The notes: a model not told the origin generated them from the sequence alone. A stretch of 64,000 bases of DNA from Micavibrio sp. UBA7689 (GCA_002482805.1 DLGR01000034.1:106208-170207); one strand, 5' to 3'; counted from the stretch's first letter, positions 17,608 to 27,980 are shown. A program made the numbers and translations.

Positions 17608-18366
17608 ATGAAAATTATGATTACAGTTTCAAAAGTCAGTATCGCCAGCGCCATGATGCTGAGCGTCGCAGCCCTTGGCTCGGCCGACGATGCCTTCGCG
17701 CAATCGCAGCAAAAGGCCCCCACTTCCGCGCGCAATATAGATGGCGTTATAGCCGATCTCGCGTTGCCCGTCGGGCACACAGCTTCCTATTTCAACGCTG
17801 CCACCAAAACCGCCGTACGCGAGTCTTGCGTGAAAAATGAAAACAACAATTCCGTTACCTGCACCGATGATGTAATCAGCGTGAGGGCGCAAATGCGTGT
17901 GAGAAACACGTTCACCGTAACGTTAGGAAGTGACGGCCAGATAAGCATTTCTGCACGCAACGGCACGTCACAAGAATGGAATTCCGCAACAAACAGACTT
18001 TTCAATACGACGATGGGGGAAGCTTCCAAAGTAACCTGGAGCAAATCCGCGCCTCTAGGCACCATGGCGTCCAACGGCACACATGTTTTGCAAAATGATG
18101 TTCTTCAATTGAACAAAACGGGTGAAGCCTCGGTAACCGGCCTGTCGATTATTCCGGTATCTCCCAATCGCGGCATTGCCGTTTCTTTGGGTTTTGACCG
18201 CAGCGCCGCCACCGTCACTTTAGGCACCATGCAGATCATTAAACCCGGCGAAATAGATCCGAATTTCGGGGTTCCCCGCGCTTTTAACGCGTATGACAGC
18301 GATTATTACAAGCTGGACAAGGCCGACCTGGGCGGACGTGATCGGGCTTACGCATTGAGACCATAG
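17608..18366 (+). CDS. hypothetical secreted protein (signal peptide)
   Basis: 252 aa with signal peptide ...AALGSADDAFA/QSQ. No recognisable domain. Lies between sciP and fliF. Confidence 0.55.
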   Translation: MKIMITVSKVSIASAMMLSVAALGSADDAFAQSQQKAPTSARNIDGVIADLALPVGHTASYFNAATKTAVRESCVKNENNNSVTCTDDVISVRAQMRVRNTFTVTLGSDGQISISARNGTSQEWNSATNRLFNTTMGEASKVTWSKSAPLGTMASNGTHVLQNDVLQLNKTGEASVTGLSIIPVSPNRGIAVSLGFDRSAATVTLGTMQIIKPGEIDPNFGVPRAFNAYDSDYYKLDKADLGGRDRAYALRP

Positions 18367-18587
18367 GCATTTTTGCCGTTTTTTCGTAAAATCACCCCTT
18401 GCCCTCATTAAGATGGGCGGTGGAAAAGCTCTTCAAAAGTGTTTATAATAGTTAATGAAACGCCCCCCGATTCGTGACACGGCACGAAGCCGGCCAAGGC
18501 GGTTAAATCTTGTTCACGCCCCTGTCCTCTCGGGGGTTTCTTCGTGGGCAGGAGATCCAAAGAACAATAAAACGGGTATAAAGATAC

Positions 18588-20240
18588 GTGAATAGTTTTC
18601 TGGAAACATTGAAGCAGCTTGGCCCCGCCCGCCTCGCCATTATGGGTTCTGTCCTGATGGGGCTGATGATCTTTTTCATCTTCGTATCCCTCCGGGTGTC
18701 TTCCACCGAAATGAATTTGCTCTACAGCGATCTTTCCACAATCGATTCCGGCGCGATGGCCGCGAAACTCGAAGAAGTACAAATCCCCTACGAAGTTTCT
18801 ACCGACGGCACGCGCATCATGGTGCCTGACACCGAAGTCGGCAAAGCGCGCATGCTTTTGGCGGAAGCCGGTTTACCGAACGGCGGATCGATGGGCTACG
18901 AACTCTTCGATAAAGAAAGCGGTTTTGGTACGACCAACGCTGTGCAGAATATCAACGCGATGCGCGCCCTTGAAGGCGAGCTCGCCAGAACAATTTCCTC
19001 GCTCGAGCCCGTACGCAGCGCGCGTGTCCACCTTGTGTTGCCGCAACGTGAATTGTTCGCACGCGAATCCCGTCCCGCTTCCGCATCCGTCGCAATCCAG
19101 CTTCGTCCCGGAAAACGTTTGGAAGGCGAACAAATCGCTTCCATTCAATCCTTGGTGGCCTCTGCCGTTCCTGAATTGAAAATGGAATCTGTATCCATTA
19201 TCGATTCAAACGGCACGCTTCTGGCCCGCGGAGGCGAAGCATCCGAAACACAAGCTGCGATGAAGGCCGAGGAACTGCGCCTGAAGCAAGAACAGCGTTT
19301 GATCCAGACCATTGAAGACCTGGTCGGCCGCACAGTCGGCTACGGCAAAGTGCGCGCATCTGTTTCTGCGGAAATGAACCATGACCGCATTCAAACGGCG
19401 GAAGAATTGTACAACCCCGAACAACAGGTCGCCCGCTCTACGCAAACCGTAGAAGAAGCCGCGCAGGAACAAGAAGCTGGTGAAGAAAACGTCACGATGG
19501 AAAACAACCTTCCGGGTGTTGGCGAAAACATTCTGGGAACGAACGGTCCGCAATCGAATTCCAACCGCACTGAAGAAACAACCAACTATGAAATCAGCAA
19601 AACGGTGCGCAATACCGTGCGCGAAGGCGGCGAAATCAAACGCATGTCCATCGCCGTTCTGGTGGATGGTACTTACAAAACCGAAAAGAACGCCGAGGGC
19701 GAGGAAACCAAAACCTATCTGCCGCGCTCCGAGGATGAGCTCGGCCAGATTGAAGCTCTCGTAAAATCCGCGATCGGTTTCAGCGAAGAGCGCGGCGATA
19801 CGATCGAAGTCGTCAACATGCCCTTCGCCGAAGTGGATGTATCCGAAGACCTGCCCGACAACACCATTCTCGGCTTTGACAAAAACAAACTTCTCGATGT
19901 TGCGGAAGTCGTCACCGTCGCCGTCATGATCATTCTCGTCATCCTGCTGGTTCTCCAGCCGATGGTGGGTCGCCTGCTCGCGGCTGAAGGCGGTACGGGC
20001 CTTGATGAAGAGACGGAAAAAGATTTGATAGGTTTGCGCCCCCCCGCACCCGCACTCGAAGGACCTTCACAGGAATTCGAACCTGCGGACCTGCTGGAGG
20101 AGGATGCGTCCAATATGATCGACGTCCAAAAGGTCGAGGGCAAAGTCAAAGCGTCTTCGGTCAAGAAGGTCGAAGACATCGTTGATGCCTACCCCACCGA
20201 AACGGTTTCCGTTATCCGTAGCTGGATGACGCAAGATTAA
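18588..20240 (+). CDS. fliF: flagellar MS-ring protein FliF
   Basis: 550 aa with a GTG start. N-terminal TM helix followed by LLYSDLSTIDSGAMAAKLEEVQIPYEVSTDGTRIMVP, and a second TM helix near the C-terminus. Confidence 0.92.
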   Translation: MNSFLETLKQLGPARLAIMGSVLMGLMIFFIFVSLRVSSTEMNLLYSDLSTIDSGAMAAKLEEVQIPYEVSTDGTRIMVPDTEVGKARMLLAEAGLPNGGSMGYELFDKESGFGTTNAVQNINAMRALEGELARTISSLEPVRSARVHLVLPQRELFARESRPASASVAIQLRPGKRLEGEQIASIQSLVASAVPELKMESVSIIDSNGTLLARGGEASETQAAMKAEELRLKQEQRLIQTIEDLVGRTVGYGKVRASVSAEMNHDRIQTAEELYNPEQQVARSTQTVEEAAQEQEAGEENVTMENNLPGVGENILGTNGPQSNSNRTEETTNYEISKTVRNTVREGGEIKRMSIAVLVDGTYKTEKNAEGEETKTYLPRSEDELGQIEALVKSAIGFSEERGDTIEVVNMPFAEVDVSEDLPDNTILGFDKNKLLDVAEVVTVAVMIILVILLVLQPMVGRLLAAEGGTGLDEETEKDLIGLRPPAPALEGPSQEFEPADLLEEDASNMIDVQKVEGKVKASSVKKVEDIVDAYPTETVSVIRSWMTQD

Positions 20241-20259
20241 GCATAAGGTCAGATAGAGT

Positions 20260-21279
20260 ATGCGGATCAGGGAAGACTATAGAACACTTACCGGCACCGA
20301 AAAGGCGGCCATCTTTATGCTCGCGCTCGGCGAGGATTACACCGCCAAGATTTTCGAACATATGGATGACGAGGAAATCCTTGAACTCTCCCAAGTCATG
20401 GCCACACTGGGTAAAGTCAACGCGAACGTCGTGGAACGCCTGTTCGTAGACTTCGCGGAACAAATGAGCTCTTCCGGTACGCTTGTTGGCTCTCAGGAAT
20501 CCACGGAACGCCTGCTCTCTAAAGCGGGGATGAGCAAAGATAAGATCGACCAGATCATGGAAGAGATCCGCGGTCCCGCGGGTCGTACCATGTGGGAAAA
20601 ACTCGCCAACGTGAACGAGGAAATCCTCGCAAACTTCCTGCAAAAAGAATATCCGCAGACCGTTGCGGTCGTTATGTCGAAAATCACTACGGACCACGCG
20701 GGTAAAGTGCTCGCCCTGCTTCCCGAAAGCTTTGCGATGGAAGTCATTCACCGCATGCTCCGGATGGAAGCCGTGCAAAAAGAAGTGCTCGATGACGTTG
20801 AAAAAACGCTGCGGCAGGAATTCATGTCGAACCTTGCCAGAACACAGCGCCGCGATTCCCACGAACATATGGCGGAAATCTTCAACAATTTGGACCGCGC
20901 CGCAGAATCCAAATTCATGGACGCGCTGGAAAAAACCGTACCCGAGAGCGCGGAAAAAATCCGCTCTCTCATGTTCACCTTTGAAGATCTGCAGAAAATC
21001 ACGCCTGCGGGTATTCAGGCCATCATTCGTGCCTGCGACAAGGAAAAACTCCCCACTGCTCTCAAAGGCGCTACCGAAACATTGCGCGATTTGTTCTTCT
21101 CGAACATGTCCGAGCGTGCTGCAAAAATCATGAAAGAAGATATGGCCGCCATGGGGCCTGTGCGCTTGAAGGACGTGGAAGAAGCGCAGTTGCATGTCGT
21201 AGCCGTCGCGAAAGACCTCGAATCCCGCGGAGAGATCACCATTGCCACCGGCAACGAGGAAGACGAACTCATTTACTAG
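20260..21279 (+). CDS. fliG: flagellar motor switch protein FliG
   Basis: 339 aa. [31 protein letters not shown]...MFTFEDL...[28 protein letters not shown]. Confidence 0.95.
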   Translation: MRIREDYRTLTGTEKAAIFMLALGEDYTAKIFEHMDDEEILELSQVMATLGKVNANVVERLFVDFAEQMSSSGTLVGSQESTERLLSKAGMSKDKIDQIMEEIRGPAGRTMWEKLANVNEEILANFLQKEYPQTVAVVMSKITTDHAGKVLALLPESFAMEVIHRMLRMEAVQKEVLDDVEKTLRQEFMSNLARTQRRDSHEHMAEIFNNLDRAAESKFMDALEKTVPESAEKIRSLMFTFEDLQKITPAGIQAIIRACDKEKLPTALKGATETLRDLFFSNMSERAAKIMKEDMAAMGPVRLKDVEEAQLHVVAVAKDLESRGEITIATGNEEDELIY

Positions 21280-21300
21280 AGAAGTATGCTATACTGACCA

Positions 21301-22008
21301 ATGGAACCGGACAAAAAATTCCTCTTTGACGTTAATGTCTTCGACGCACCGCCGAAGGAGGAGATCGTCGAGGACTTACCGCCTCCGCCCCCCGTATTCT
21401 CCGAAGAAGAGCTTGCCGCCGCCAAGGATATAGCTTTTGAAAAAGGCCGCCAGCAGGGCCAGAAGGAACAGGTTGAATCCCGCGAGCAGTTCGTGGCCCA
21501 GACATTGGCCACCATAGCGGAAAACTTCTCCAAACTCTTTGCAGCCGAAACGGTGCGCGAAAGCATCTTTGAAAAAGAAGCACTTAAAATCGCTATCGCC
21601 TCGCTCGATGTCCTATTCCCTTCGCTGAACGATAAGATCGGGCGCGAGGAAGTATTGAAAGTGGTTGAAAAAACACTCTCAGACCATAGAAAAACCAAGG
21701 AAATATCCATATCTGTACCTGTAGGCATGAAGGGCGAGATCGAAACTCTTATCACGCGCATCAGGGCTAACGAGCATGACGAGGTACTATGGCGGGTGTC
21801 CGAAGACCCCGCTCTGGCCCAAGGCGATTGCGACCTTGAATGGAGCGACGGCGGCGCGGTGCGGGATTCAGGCCGTGCGGCCCGCGATATCCGCCGGAAT
21901 CTCGAGGGTTTGCTGGGTCATCCGGTCGCCTTATTGGGCGATAGTGAACCGGCGCAGAGTGATGTATTATCTAAAGAGAATACCGAATCGGCAGGAGACA
22001 AGTCATGA
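21301..22008 (+). CDS. fliH: flagellar export apparatus protein FliH (FlbE-position)
   Basis: 235 aa, acidic and helical, between fliG and fliN. The call is based on position and composition. Confidence 0.55.
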   Translation: MEPDKKFLFDVNVFDAPPKEEIVEDLPPPPPVFSEEELAAAKDIAFEKGRQQGQKEQVESREQFVAQTLATIAENFSKLFAAETVRESIFEKEALKIAIASLDVLFPSLNDKIGREEVLKVVEKTLSDHRKTKEISISVPVGMKGEIETLITRIRANEHDEVLWRVSEDPALAQGDCDLEWSDGGAVRDSGRAARDIRRNLEGLLGHPVALLGDSEPAQSDVLSKENTESAGDKS

Positions 22009-22355
22009 GCGACGAAACCCAAGAAAACAAGGATCTGTCCTATAACCAGATTCAAGAAGCCGAAGGCGCGCGCGAAGCCGAACGCGAATGGCCGATCGGC
22101 GAACCGATGGCTAACGATGTTTCCGCCATCTACGACATCCCTGTCCAGATTTCCGCCGTGCTCGGCCGCTCCACCATGCAGGTCAGCCAACTTTTGAAAC
22201 TCGGACGCGGTGCCGTTGTAGAACTCGACCGCAAAGTGGGCGAAGCCATCGACATCTACGTCAACAACCGTCTTGTCGCGCGCGGTGAAGTCGTGGTCGT
22301 GGAAGACAAGCTCGGCGTTACGATGACCGAGATTGTTAAATCCGACCGCAGCTAG
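22005..22355 (+). CDS. fliN: flagellar motor switch protein FliN
   Basis: 116 aa. IYDIPVQISAVLGRSTMQVSQLLKLGRGAVVELDRKVGEAIDIYVNNRLVARGEVVVVEDKLGVTMTEI. Confidence 0.95.
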   Translation: MSDETQENKDLSYNQIQEAEGAREAEREWPIGEPMANDVSAIYDIPVQISAVLGRSTMQVSQLLKLGRGAVVELDRKVGEAIDIYVNNRLVARGEVVVVEDKLGVTMTEIVKSDRS

Positions 22356-22370
22356 GTAATCCCTTTCGCA

Positions 22371-22751
22371 ATGACAGCTTCCGATAACACAGATTTGTAT
22401 CAGGCGGCCATTGCAGCGTTCACACTGGTAGCCAACGCTGACGGCCAAGTGCATGTCGCGGAGCTGATGAAGCTGGTGAATGTCTTTAAATCGCACGGTG
22501 TCTTCAAGGATGTGGGCCCCGATCAAATGCAAAAAGACATTTTCGATCTTGTGAAGGAACTGAACGAGGATTTTGAAAAGGAGAAGCCGAGAATGCTCTC
22601 CGTCATTGGCAGGGTAAAGGATGATGCCAGAGCCTGTGACCTGATAGTAAAAATTGCACGGCTGACCTTACTCGCGGATGACCGCGTGATGGAAAGCGAA
22701 GAGAAAATAGTGGCCGATATACACCGCACACTGGGTGTTTCGGAACAATAA
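22371..22751 (+). CDS. TerB-like (tellurite-resistance TerB/DjlA-N fold) small protein inside the fliF-flbD operon
   Basis: 126 aa. Two-part pattern AAIAAFTLVANADGQVHVAELMKL... and ...IARLTLLADDRVMESEEKIVADIHRTLGV resembles the TerB domain. 15-nt gaps to both neighbours. Confidence 0.5.
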   Translation: MTASDNTDLYQAAIAAFTLVANADGQVHVAELMKLVNVFKSHGVFKDVGPDQMQKDIFDLVKELNEDFEKEKPRMLSVIGRVKDDARACDLIVKIARLTLLADDRVMESEEKIVADIHRTLGVSEQ

Positions 22752-22766
22752 AGAGAGAACTGAACT

Positions 22767-24164
22767 ATGCGTTTAATGATCGTCGGACATCTTGAAGGTT
22801 ATATCTCCGTTGCCGGAAAAATCGCGCTCCAAAAAGGCGCGAAGGTTATTCATTGCGAAGACACCGAAGAGGCCTTGGGCGCTTTGCTGAACGGCAAAGG
22901 CGCCGATGTCGTTATGTGCGACATCAAACAAAAAATCGGGCCGTTCGTCAAAGCGCTAGAAGAAAACCGCATCGTCATCCCCGTCGTCGCTTGCGGAATC
23001 GGCAATGATGCGCGCACGGCCGTGAAGGCCATTCAGGACGGCGCGAAAGAATACGTTCCTCTTCCGCCCGATGCGGAACTAATCGCGGCTGTATTGGAAG
23101 CCGTCACGGAAGAACCCTCATCCATCATCGCCAACGACATCGCGATGCAGAATGTTTTGAAACTCGCCGACAAAATAGCCCCTTCCGAAGCCACTGTCCT
23201 TATTACGGGCGAAAGCGGCACGGGCAAGGAAATCATGTCGCGCTACATGCACAAGAAATCCAAACGCAAAGACGGCCCGTTCATCGCCGTCAACTGCGCC
23301 GCCATCCCCGAAAATCTTTTGGAATCCGAATTGTTCGGACATGAAAAAGGCGCATTCACGGGTGCAAATGGCCGCCGCATCGGCAAATTCGAAGAATCTA
23401 ATGGTGGCACGTTGCTGCTCGACGAAGTATCGGAAATGCACCCATTGTTGCAAGCCAAACTGCTCCGCGCCATTCAGGAAAAAGAAATCACACGTATCGG
23501 CTCCAACGACGCCGTAAAGGTGGATGTGCGCATTCTGGCAACATCGAACCGCGATCTGGAACAATCCGTCCAAAAAGGTGAATTCAGGGAAGATTTATAT
23601 TTCCGTTTGAATGTCGTGAATATCCGCCTGCCCGCCCTGCGCGAACGCCCGGGTGACATTTTGCCGCTCGCACAATTCTTCACGGACAAATACGCCGAAG
23701 CGAACGGCGTTGCCAAAAAGAAACTGTCCAAAGAATCCCAAAAGAAACTCAGCGCCTATAACTGGCGCGGCAACATACGCGAACTTGAAAACACGATGCA
23801 CCGCGCGATTTTGATGAGTCTTGAAAATGAAATCGAACCCGACGCAATCCATATTTCAGATACCGCTTTTTCCACGGGCATCGGGTCAAGCGCCGCGACA
23901 CCGAACAACGCACCCAGCGCTTCTGGCGTCGGCAAAGTATCGTCCGCTCCCGTCAAGAATGCGGGTGTGGTCGAAGGCATGATCGGCCGTACTATTGCCG
24001 ACGTAGAACGCGACATGATCATTAACACGCTGGATCATTGCTTGGGCAACCGCACGCACGCGGCAAATATTCTGGGTATTTCCATCCGCACGCTGAGAAA
24101 TAAGCTCGCCCAATACAAAGACGAAGGCGTGGAAGTACCGCCTGCGGTCGGCGGCGGCCTCTAA
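22767..24164 (+). CDS. flbD: sigma54-dependent flagellar transcriptional activator FlbD
   Basis: 465 aa. AAA+ core GESGTGKE...GAFTGA...ESELFGHEKGAFTG and a C-terminal Fis-type HTH (NRTHAANILGISIRTLRNKL). The receiver domain lacks the N-terminal acidic DD pair. Confidence 0.88.
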   Translation: MRLMIVGHLEGYISVAGKIALQKGAKVIHCEDTEEALGALLNGKGADVVMCDIKQKIGPFVKALEENRIVIPVVACGIGNDARTAVKAIQDGAKEYVPLPPDAELIAAVLEAVTEEPSSIIANDIAMQNVLKLADKIAPSEATVLITGESGTGKEIMSRYMHKKSKRKDGPFIAVNCAAIPENLLESELFGHEKGAFTGANGRRIGKFEESNGGTLLLDEVSEMHPLLQAKLLRAIQEKEITRIGSNDAVKVDVRILATSNRDLEQSVQKGEFREDLYFRLNVVNIRLPALRERPGDILPLAQFFTDKYAEANGVAKKKLSKESQKKLSAYNWRGNIRELENTMHRAILMSLENEIEPDAIHISDTAFSTGIGSSAATPNNAPSASGVGKVSSAPVKNAGVVEGMIGRTIADVERDMIINTLDHCLGNRTHAANILGISIRTLRNKLAQYKDEGVEVPPAVGGGL

Positions 24165-24175
24165 ATCAAACTATA

Positions 24176-24520
24176 TTAGAATGAATATCCGGGAATTGCT
24201 TCCTGCTGGGCGGCGATTTCGTTATTCTCGCGGATCTGGTCGGCCATCTTTTCTTCCAGATCGTCCATCATGGCATCAAAGCCTTTGCCCCAAGCCGAGA
24301 ACTTGCTCGTATCCATTCCGCCCGGCACGATCGGCGTTCTTTGAAAACGGCTGATCTTGCCTTCTTTGTATCCGACATTCGTTGCAGGGGTGGTTTGTTC
24401 GAACGCGAAAGTTTGCGTGGGCAGAACATACACGCTCGAATTTTCGACGCCGGTGTTTTCGGCTTCGTGCGCGCAGGCAGCCAGCGTGAGGGACAAAATT
24501 AAAAGGGAAACAAAGCGCAT
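24176..24520 (-). CDS. hypothetical lipoprotein
   Basis: The ORF extends to 24601, but MRFVSLLILSLTLAAC (lipobox) begins at 24520. Confidence 0.5.
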   Translation of the reverse strand: MRFVSLLILSLTLAACAHEAENTGVENSSVYVLPTQTFAFEQTTPATNVGYKEGKISRFQRTPIVPGGMDTSKFSAWGKGFDAMMDDLEEKMADQIRENNEIAAQQEAIPGYSF

Positions 24521-24601
24521 GGGAATTCCGAGAAGATTAACGTAGGAAGATTCTAGCATCCCCGAATCGGCATTTCCACCACCCCATACAAAACTATGCA
24601 C

Positions 24602-24634
24602 AAAAAAGCCCGCCTCTGCACGGCGGGCTTTTTC
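24602..24634. terminator. bidirectional rho-independent terminator
   Basis: Stem AGCCCGCC/GGCGGGCT flanked by an A-run and a T-run. Confidence 0.75.
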
Positions 24635-24653
24635 AGGAGGTCTCTCTCTTAAA

Positions 24654-25580
24654 CTATTGTACTTGTACCGGCGTTACGGGAACAAATTCCGGTTGCGGCG
24701 CGATCAGCGTAACTTCCACTTTGCGGTTTTCAACGCCTGCGGGCATCGCGGTGGCCGGCGAAGAAATGAAGGGTTTCAGTTTGGCTTCGGTAACGCCTTT
24801 GGCAACCAGAGCGTCACGCACCGCGGCGACGCGGGCATTGACAAGGTTGGTGGCGAATTCACCCTGCGTCGTGGCAAAGCCTGTGAGCGATGCCGTGTAA
24901 GATGCGTTTTCCGGTGCTTTCAAAAACTGTGCGATATACTCGATCGTGTTTGCTGAAGCGGGATCGGGAATATTGCTGTTCTGGGCGAACTCTACATTGT
25001 AAGCCTGCGGCATCGCCGTGGCGGCAACACCGGCGGCAGGCATCATCAAGGATGCGATTGATTGCTCGAACGTGCCTTTGCATTCAGCATAATGTGCTTC
25101 GTCCACGGCTTCTTCGGCGCGTTCCAGCCAGCAATCAAAGCTCGTTTGTGCTTTTGCAAGCGCTTGCTGGTTTTCAGGAGATTTTTGTTCTTTCAATGCG
25201 GCGATCAGTTCGGAGCGTGCTTTGTTCAATTCGGCCGCCTGCTCTTCCGTAACATCGAAGTTGGAAACTTTGGAAGGCACGACAATTGTACCCTTGGAAG
25301 CGGTCAGCGCTTTTTGCGTGTACATTTTTGCGGCTTTGTAATCGAAAGCTTTGTCGTTTTCGTAGCGCGCCATTTCGTAATAGTCGCGGGCGAGGTAATC
25401 ATTAAGAGGTGCCGCAATACCTGCGGCGGGCTGGATATCCTGTGGTTGCGTGTACGCGGCCACGGTGGTGTTTTTGGATTTCATCGCTCCATCAAGCGCA
25501 GCCATGTCGTCGCTGTAATGGCCACAAGCGCCAAGTGCGAGAGCCAGAGTGATAACGGCAAATGTCGAAATGTTTTTCAT
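24654..25580 (-). CDS. OmpA-C-like peptidoglycan-binding lipoprotein
   Basis: 308 aa with lipobox LALGAC. C-terminus ...NLVNARVAAVRDALVAKGV...ENRKVEVTLI matches the OmpA_C pattern (LS..RA.aV...L...G..., NRRVEI). Confidence 0.65.
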   Translation of the reverse strand: MKNISTFAVITLALALGACGHYSDDMAALDGAMKSKNTTVAAYTQPQDIQPAAGIAAPLNDYLARDYYEMARYENDKAFDYKAAKMYTQKALTASKGTIVVPSKVSNFDVTEEQAAELNKARSELIAALKEQKSPENQQALAKAQTSFDCWLERAEEAVDEAHYAECKGTFEQSIASLMMPAAGVAATAMPQAYNVEFAQNSNIPDPASANTIEYIAQFLKAPENASYTASLTGFATTQGEFATNLVNARVAAVRDALVAKGVTEAKLKPFISSPATAMPAGVENRKVEVTLIAPQPEFVPVTPVQVQ

Positions 25581-25838
25581 CGGTAACAGACCCCTTGGAA
25601 AAATTATTTGCTATAACTACGCCATATTATTGAAAATGGCAAGCATTCTTATAGGTAAATAGTAAGCCGATTTGCATCTCTTGCCTAGAGTTTCCCAAAT
25701 AGACAGGAATTTCAAAGGCTAACGCCTAGCGCGCAAAACGCTGATTTCCCTATACAAATCGCCACGTTGGGCCTTAAAATGGGAGGAATTAACGTTCTCC
25801 GTCTTAACCTGAAGTTCCTTAATAAGTTAACGCACCCT

Positions 25839-27968
25839 ATGGCCCTACCCGCCCCAGCCCCTCAGCCGGCCGCCAATCCCAACAGCGGTATGAACCAAGC
25901 ACGCAGTGCCATGGGCGGAGTCTTGCGCGGGGATGTTTTGCTCGCGCTCGGCATCGTCATCATTTTGGTGTTCATGCTGATCCCCATTCCCAAATTCCTA
26001 TTGGACATGGGTTTGGCATTATCGATTCTGTTTTCGATTTTCATTTTGATGCTGACGCTCGCTATCCGAAAGCCGCTAGAATTTTCCACCTTCCCCACCG
26101 TACTTCTGATTTCTACGGCACTGCGTCTCGGTTTGAACATCGCGGCGACGCGTTTGATTTTAGCACACGGACATGAAGGAACGGATTCCGCAGGCGCAAT
26201 CATTCAAGCCTTCGGCGGATTGATTATTTCGGGAAGCTATATCGTCGGCGGTATCGTCTTCGCCATTCTGGTCATCGTAAACTTCGTCGTTATCACCAAA
26301 GGTTCGGGCCGTATCGCGGAAGTCGCGGCGCGTTTCTCCTTGGATGCCATGCCCGGCAAACAAATGGCGATCGATTCCGATTTGTCGTCGGGTTTGATTA
26401 CGGAAGAAGAGGCGAAAACACGCCGCAAAGAACTGGAACAGGAAAGCGGATTCTTCGGGGCCATGGACGGTGCGGCAAAATTCGTGCGCGGTGATGCCAT
26501 CGCCGCCCTGCTCATCGTGTTCATCAACATCATCGGCGGCATTATCATCGGCACGGTCCAAGAAGGCATGCCGATCGGTGAAGCTGCGCAAACCTATACC
26601 GTTCTGACCATCGGTGAAGGTCTTGTATCGCAAATCCCCGCGCTGATCGTTTCCATCTCCGCCGGTCTTTTGGTTTCGAAGGCCAATGTCGAAGGCACCG
26701 CGGACCAAGCGTTGCTTGACCAGTTCCAGCGCCATCCGAAAGCGATGGCCATGTCGGCAGGTTTGATGCTGGTCATCGCCCTCGTCCCCGCCGTTCCGTT
26801 TACGCCCTTCGCGTTTCTTGCGGCCGTGTTCGGCGGACTTGCTTATGTTTCATGGCAACGCCAAGTGGTCGAAAAAGAAACACAGGCGCAGGCCCTGCTT
26901 CCAAAACCCGGAACACCAGGCGCCCGTCCTGCGGAAGAACCGATCTCGAAGGCACTCGCGATGGATATCATCCGTCTCGAACTCGGTTACGGGTTGTTGT
27001 CGTTGGTCCAAGGCGAAGGCGGCAACAAACTGACCGACCAGATCAAGGGCCTACGCCGTCAATTGGCCGAAGATATGGGATATGTTCTTCCCGCCGTGCG
27101 CATTCAGGATAACCTGCAACTTCCTGCCAATGCCTATGTCGTGAAGGTAAAAGAAATCGAAGCAGGCCGCGGCGAGGTGCGCGCAGGGATGTTGATGGCA
27201 ATGGACCCGACGGGTTCACCCATCACACTTCCCGGTGAAAACACCGTGGAACCGACATTCGGTTTGCCTGCCATGTGGATCGACGAACAATACCGCGAAG
27301 AAGCGCATTTTAAAGGCTACACGGTTGTCGATGCGCCGACCGTCATCACCACACACATCACAGAACTCGTCAAAGACAACATGGCGGATCTTTTGTCTTA
27401 CGCCGAAACACAAAAACTGCTCGACGAACTACCCAAGGAATATCAAAAACTGGTTGCCGATGTTATTCCCGCGCACATGACCGTGGGCGGACTCCAACGC
27501 ATCTTGCAAAATCTTGTTTCCGAGCGTGTGTCGGTGCGCGATCTTCCCACTATTCTCGAAGGCATTTCCGAAGCGGGCGCATACACAAAGAACATCGCCT
27601 ATATCACAGAACATGTGCGCACACGCCTCGCCCGCCAGATATGCGATATGAACACCAGCCAGGCAGGATTTCTGCCTCTGCTCACACTTTCGCCGGAATG
27701 GGAACAGGCCTTCAGTGAATCCCTGCTTGGTGACGGCGAAGACCGCCAGCTCGCCATGGCGCCGACACAACTGCAAAACTTTATCTCGAGCGTACGCGAT
27801 GCTTATGAGAAATTTTTGCAGATGGGTGAAACACCCGTGTTGCTCACCTCGCCTACGATACGCCCGTTCGTACGCTCGGTGATTGAACGCTTCCGCCCCC
27901 AAACAATCGTAATGTCACAAAACGAAATCCATCCCAAAGCGAAAATCAGAACGCTGGGCCAGGTATAA
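25839..27968 (+). CDS. flhA: flagellar export apparatus protein FlhA
   Basis: The ORF track starts at 25767 and the true start is uncertain. Conserved FlhA core present: RFSLDAMPGKQMAIDSDL, FVRGDAIA, LTIGEGLVSQIPALIVS. Confidence 0.92.
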   Translation: MALPAPAPQPAANPNSGMNQARSAMGGVLRGDVLLALGIVIILVFMLIPIPKFLLDMGLALSILFSIFILMLTLAIRKPLEFSTFPTVLLISTALRLGLNIAATRLILAHGHEGTDSAGAIIQAFGGLIISGSYIVGGIVFAILVIVNFVVITKGSGRIAEVAARFSLDAMPGKQMAIDSDLSSGLITEEEAKTRRKELEQESGFFGAMDGAAKFVRGDAIAALLIVFINIIGGIIIGTVQEGMPIGEAAQTYTVLTIGEGLVSQIPALIVSISAGLLVSKANVEGTADQALLDQFQRHPKAMAMSAGLMLVIALVPAVPFTPFAFLAAVFGGLAYVSWQRQVVEKETQAQALLPKPGTPGARPAEEPISKALAMDIIRLELGYGLLSLVQGEGGNKLTDQIKGLRRQLAEDMGYVLPAVRIQDNLQLPANAYVVKVKEIEAGRGEVRAGMLMAMDPTGSPITLPGENTVEPTFGLPAMWIDEQYREEAHFKGYTVVDAPTVITTHITELVKDNMADLLSYAETQKLLDELPKEYQKLVADVIPAHMTVGGLQRILQNLVSERVSVRDLPTILEGISEAGAYTKNIAYITEHVRTRLARQICDMNTSQAGFLPLLTLSPEWEQAFSESLLGDGEDRQLAMAPTQLQNFISSVRDAYEKFLQMGETPVLLTSPTIRPFVRSVIERFRPQTIVMSQNEIHPKAKIRTLGQV

Positions 27969-27980
27969 AGGAGTTACGCC

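Noticed and set aside
18366-18377. GGCATTTTTGCC palindrome upstream of fliF as a fourth FlbD site
   Set aside because: The half-sites GGCA/TGCC are spaced N4 rather than the N5 of the three other sites, and the AAA/TTT symmetry is absent. It also overlaps the stop codon of the preceding gene. I kept it only as a note.
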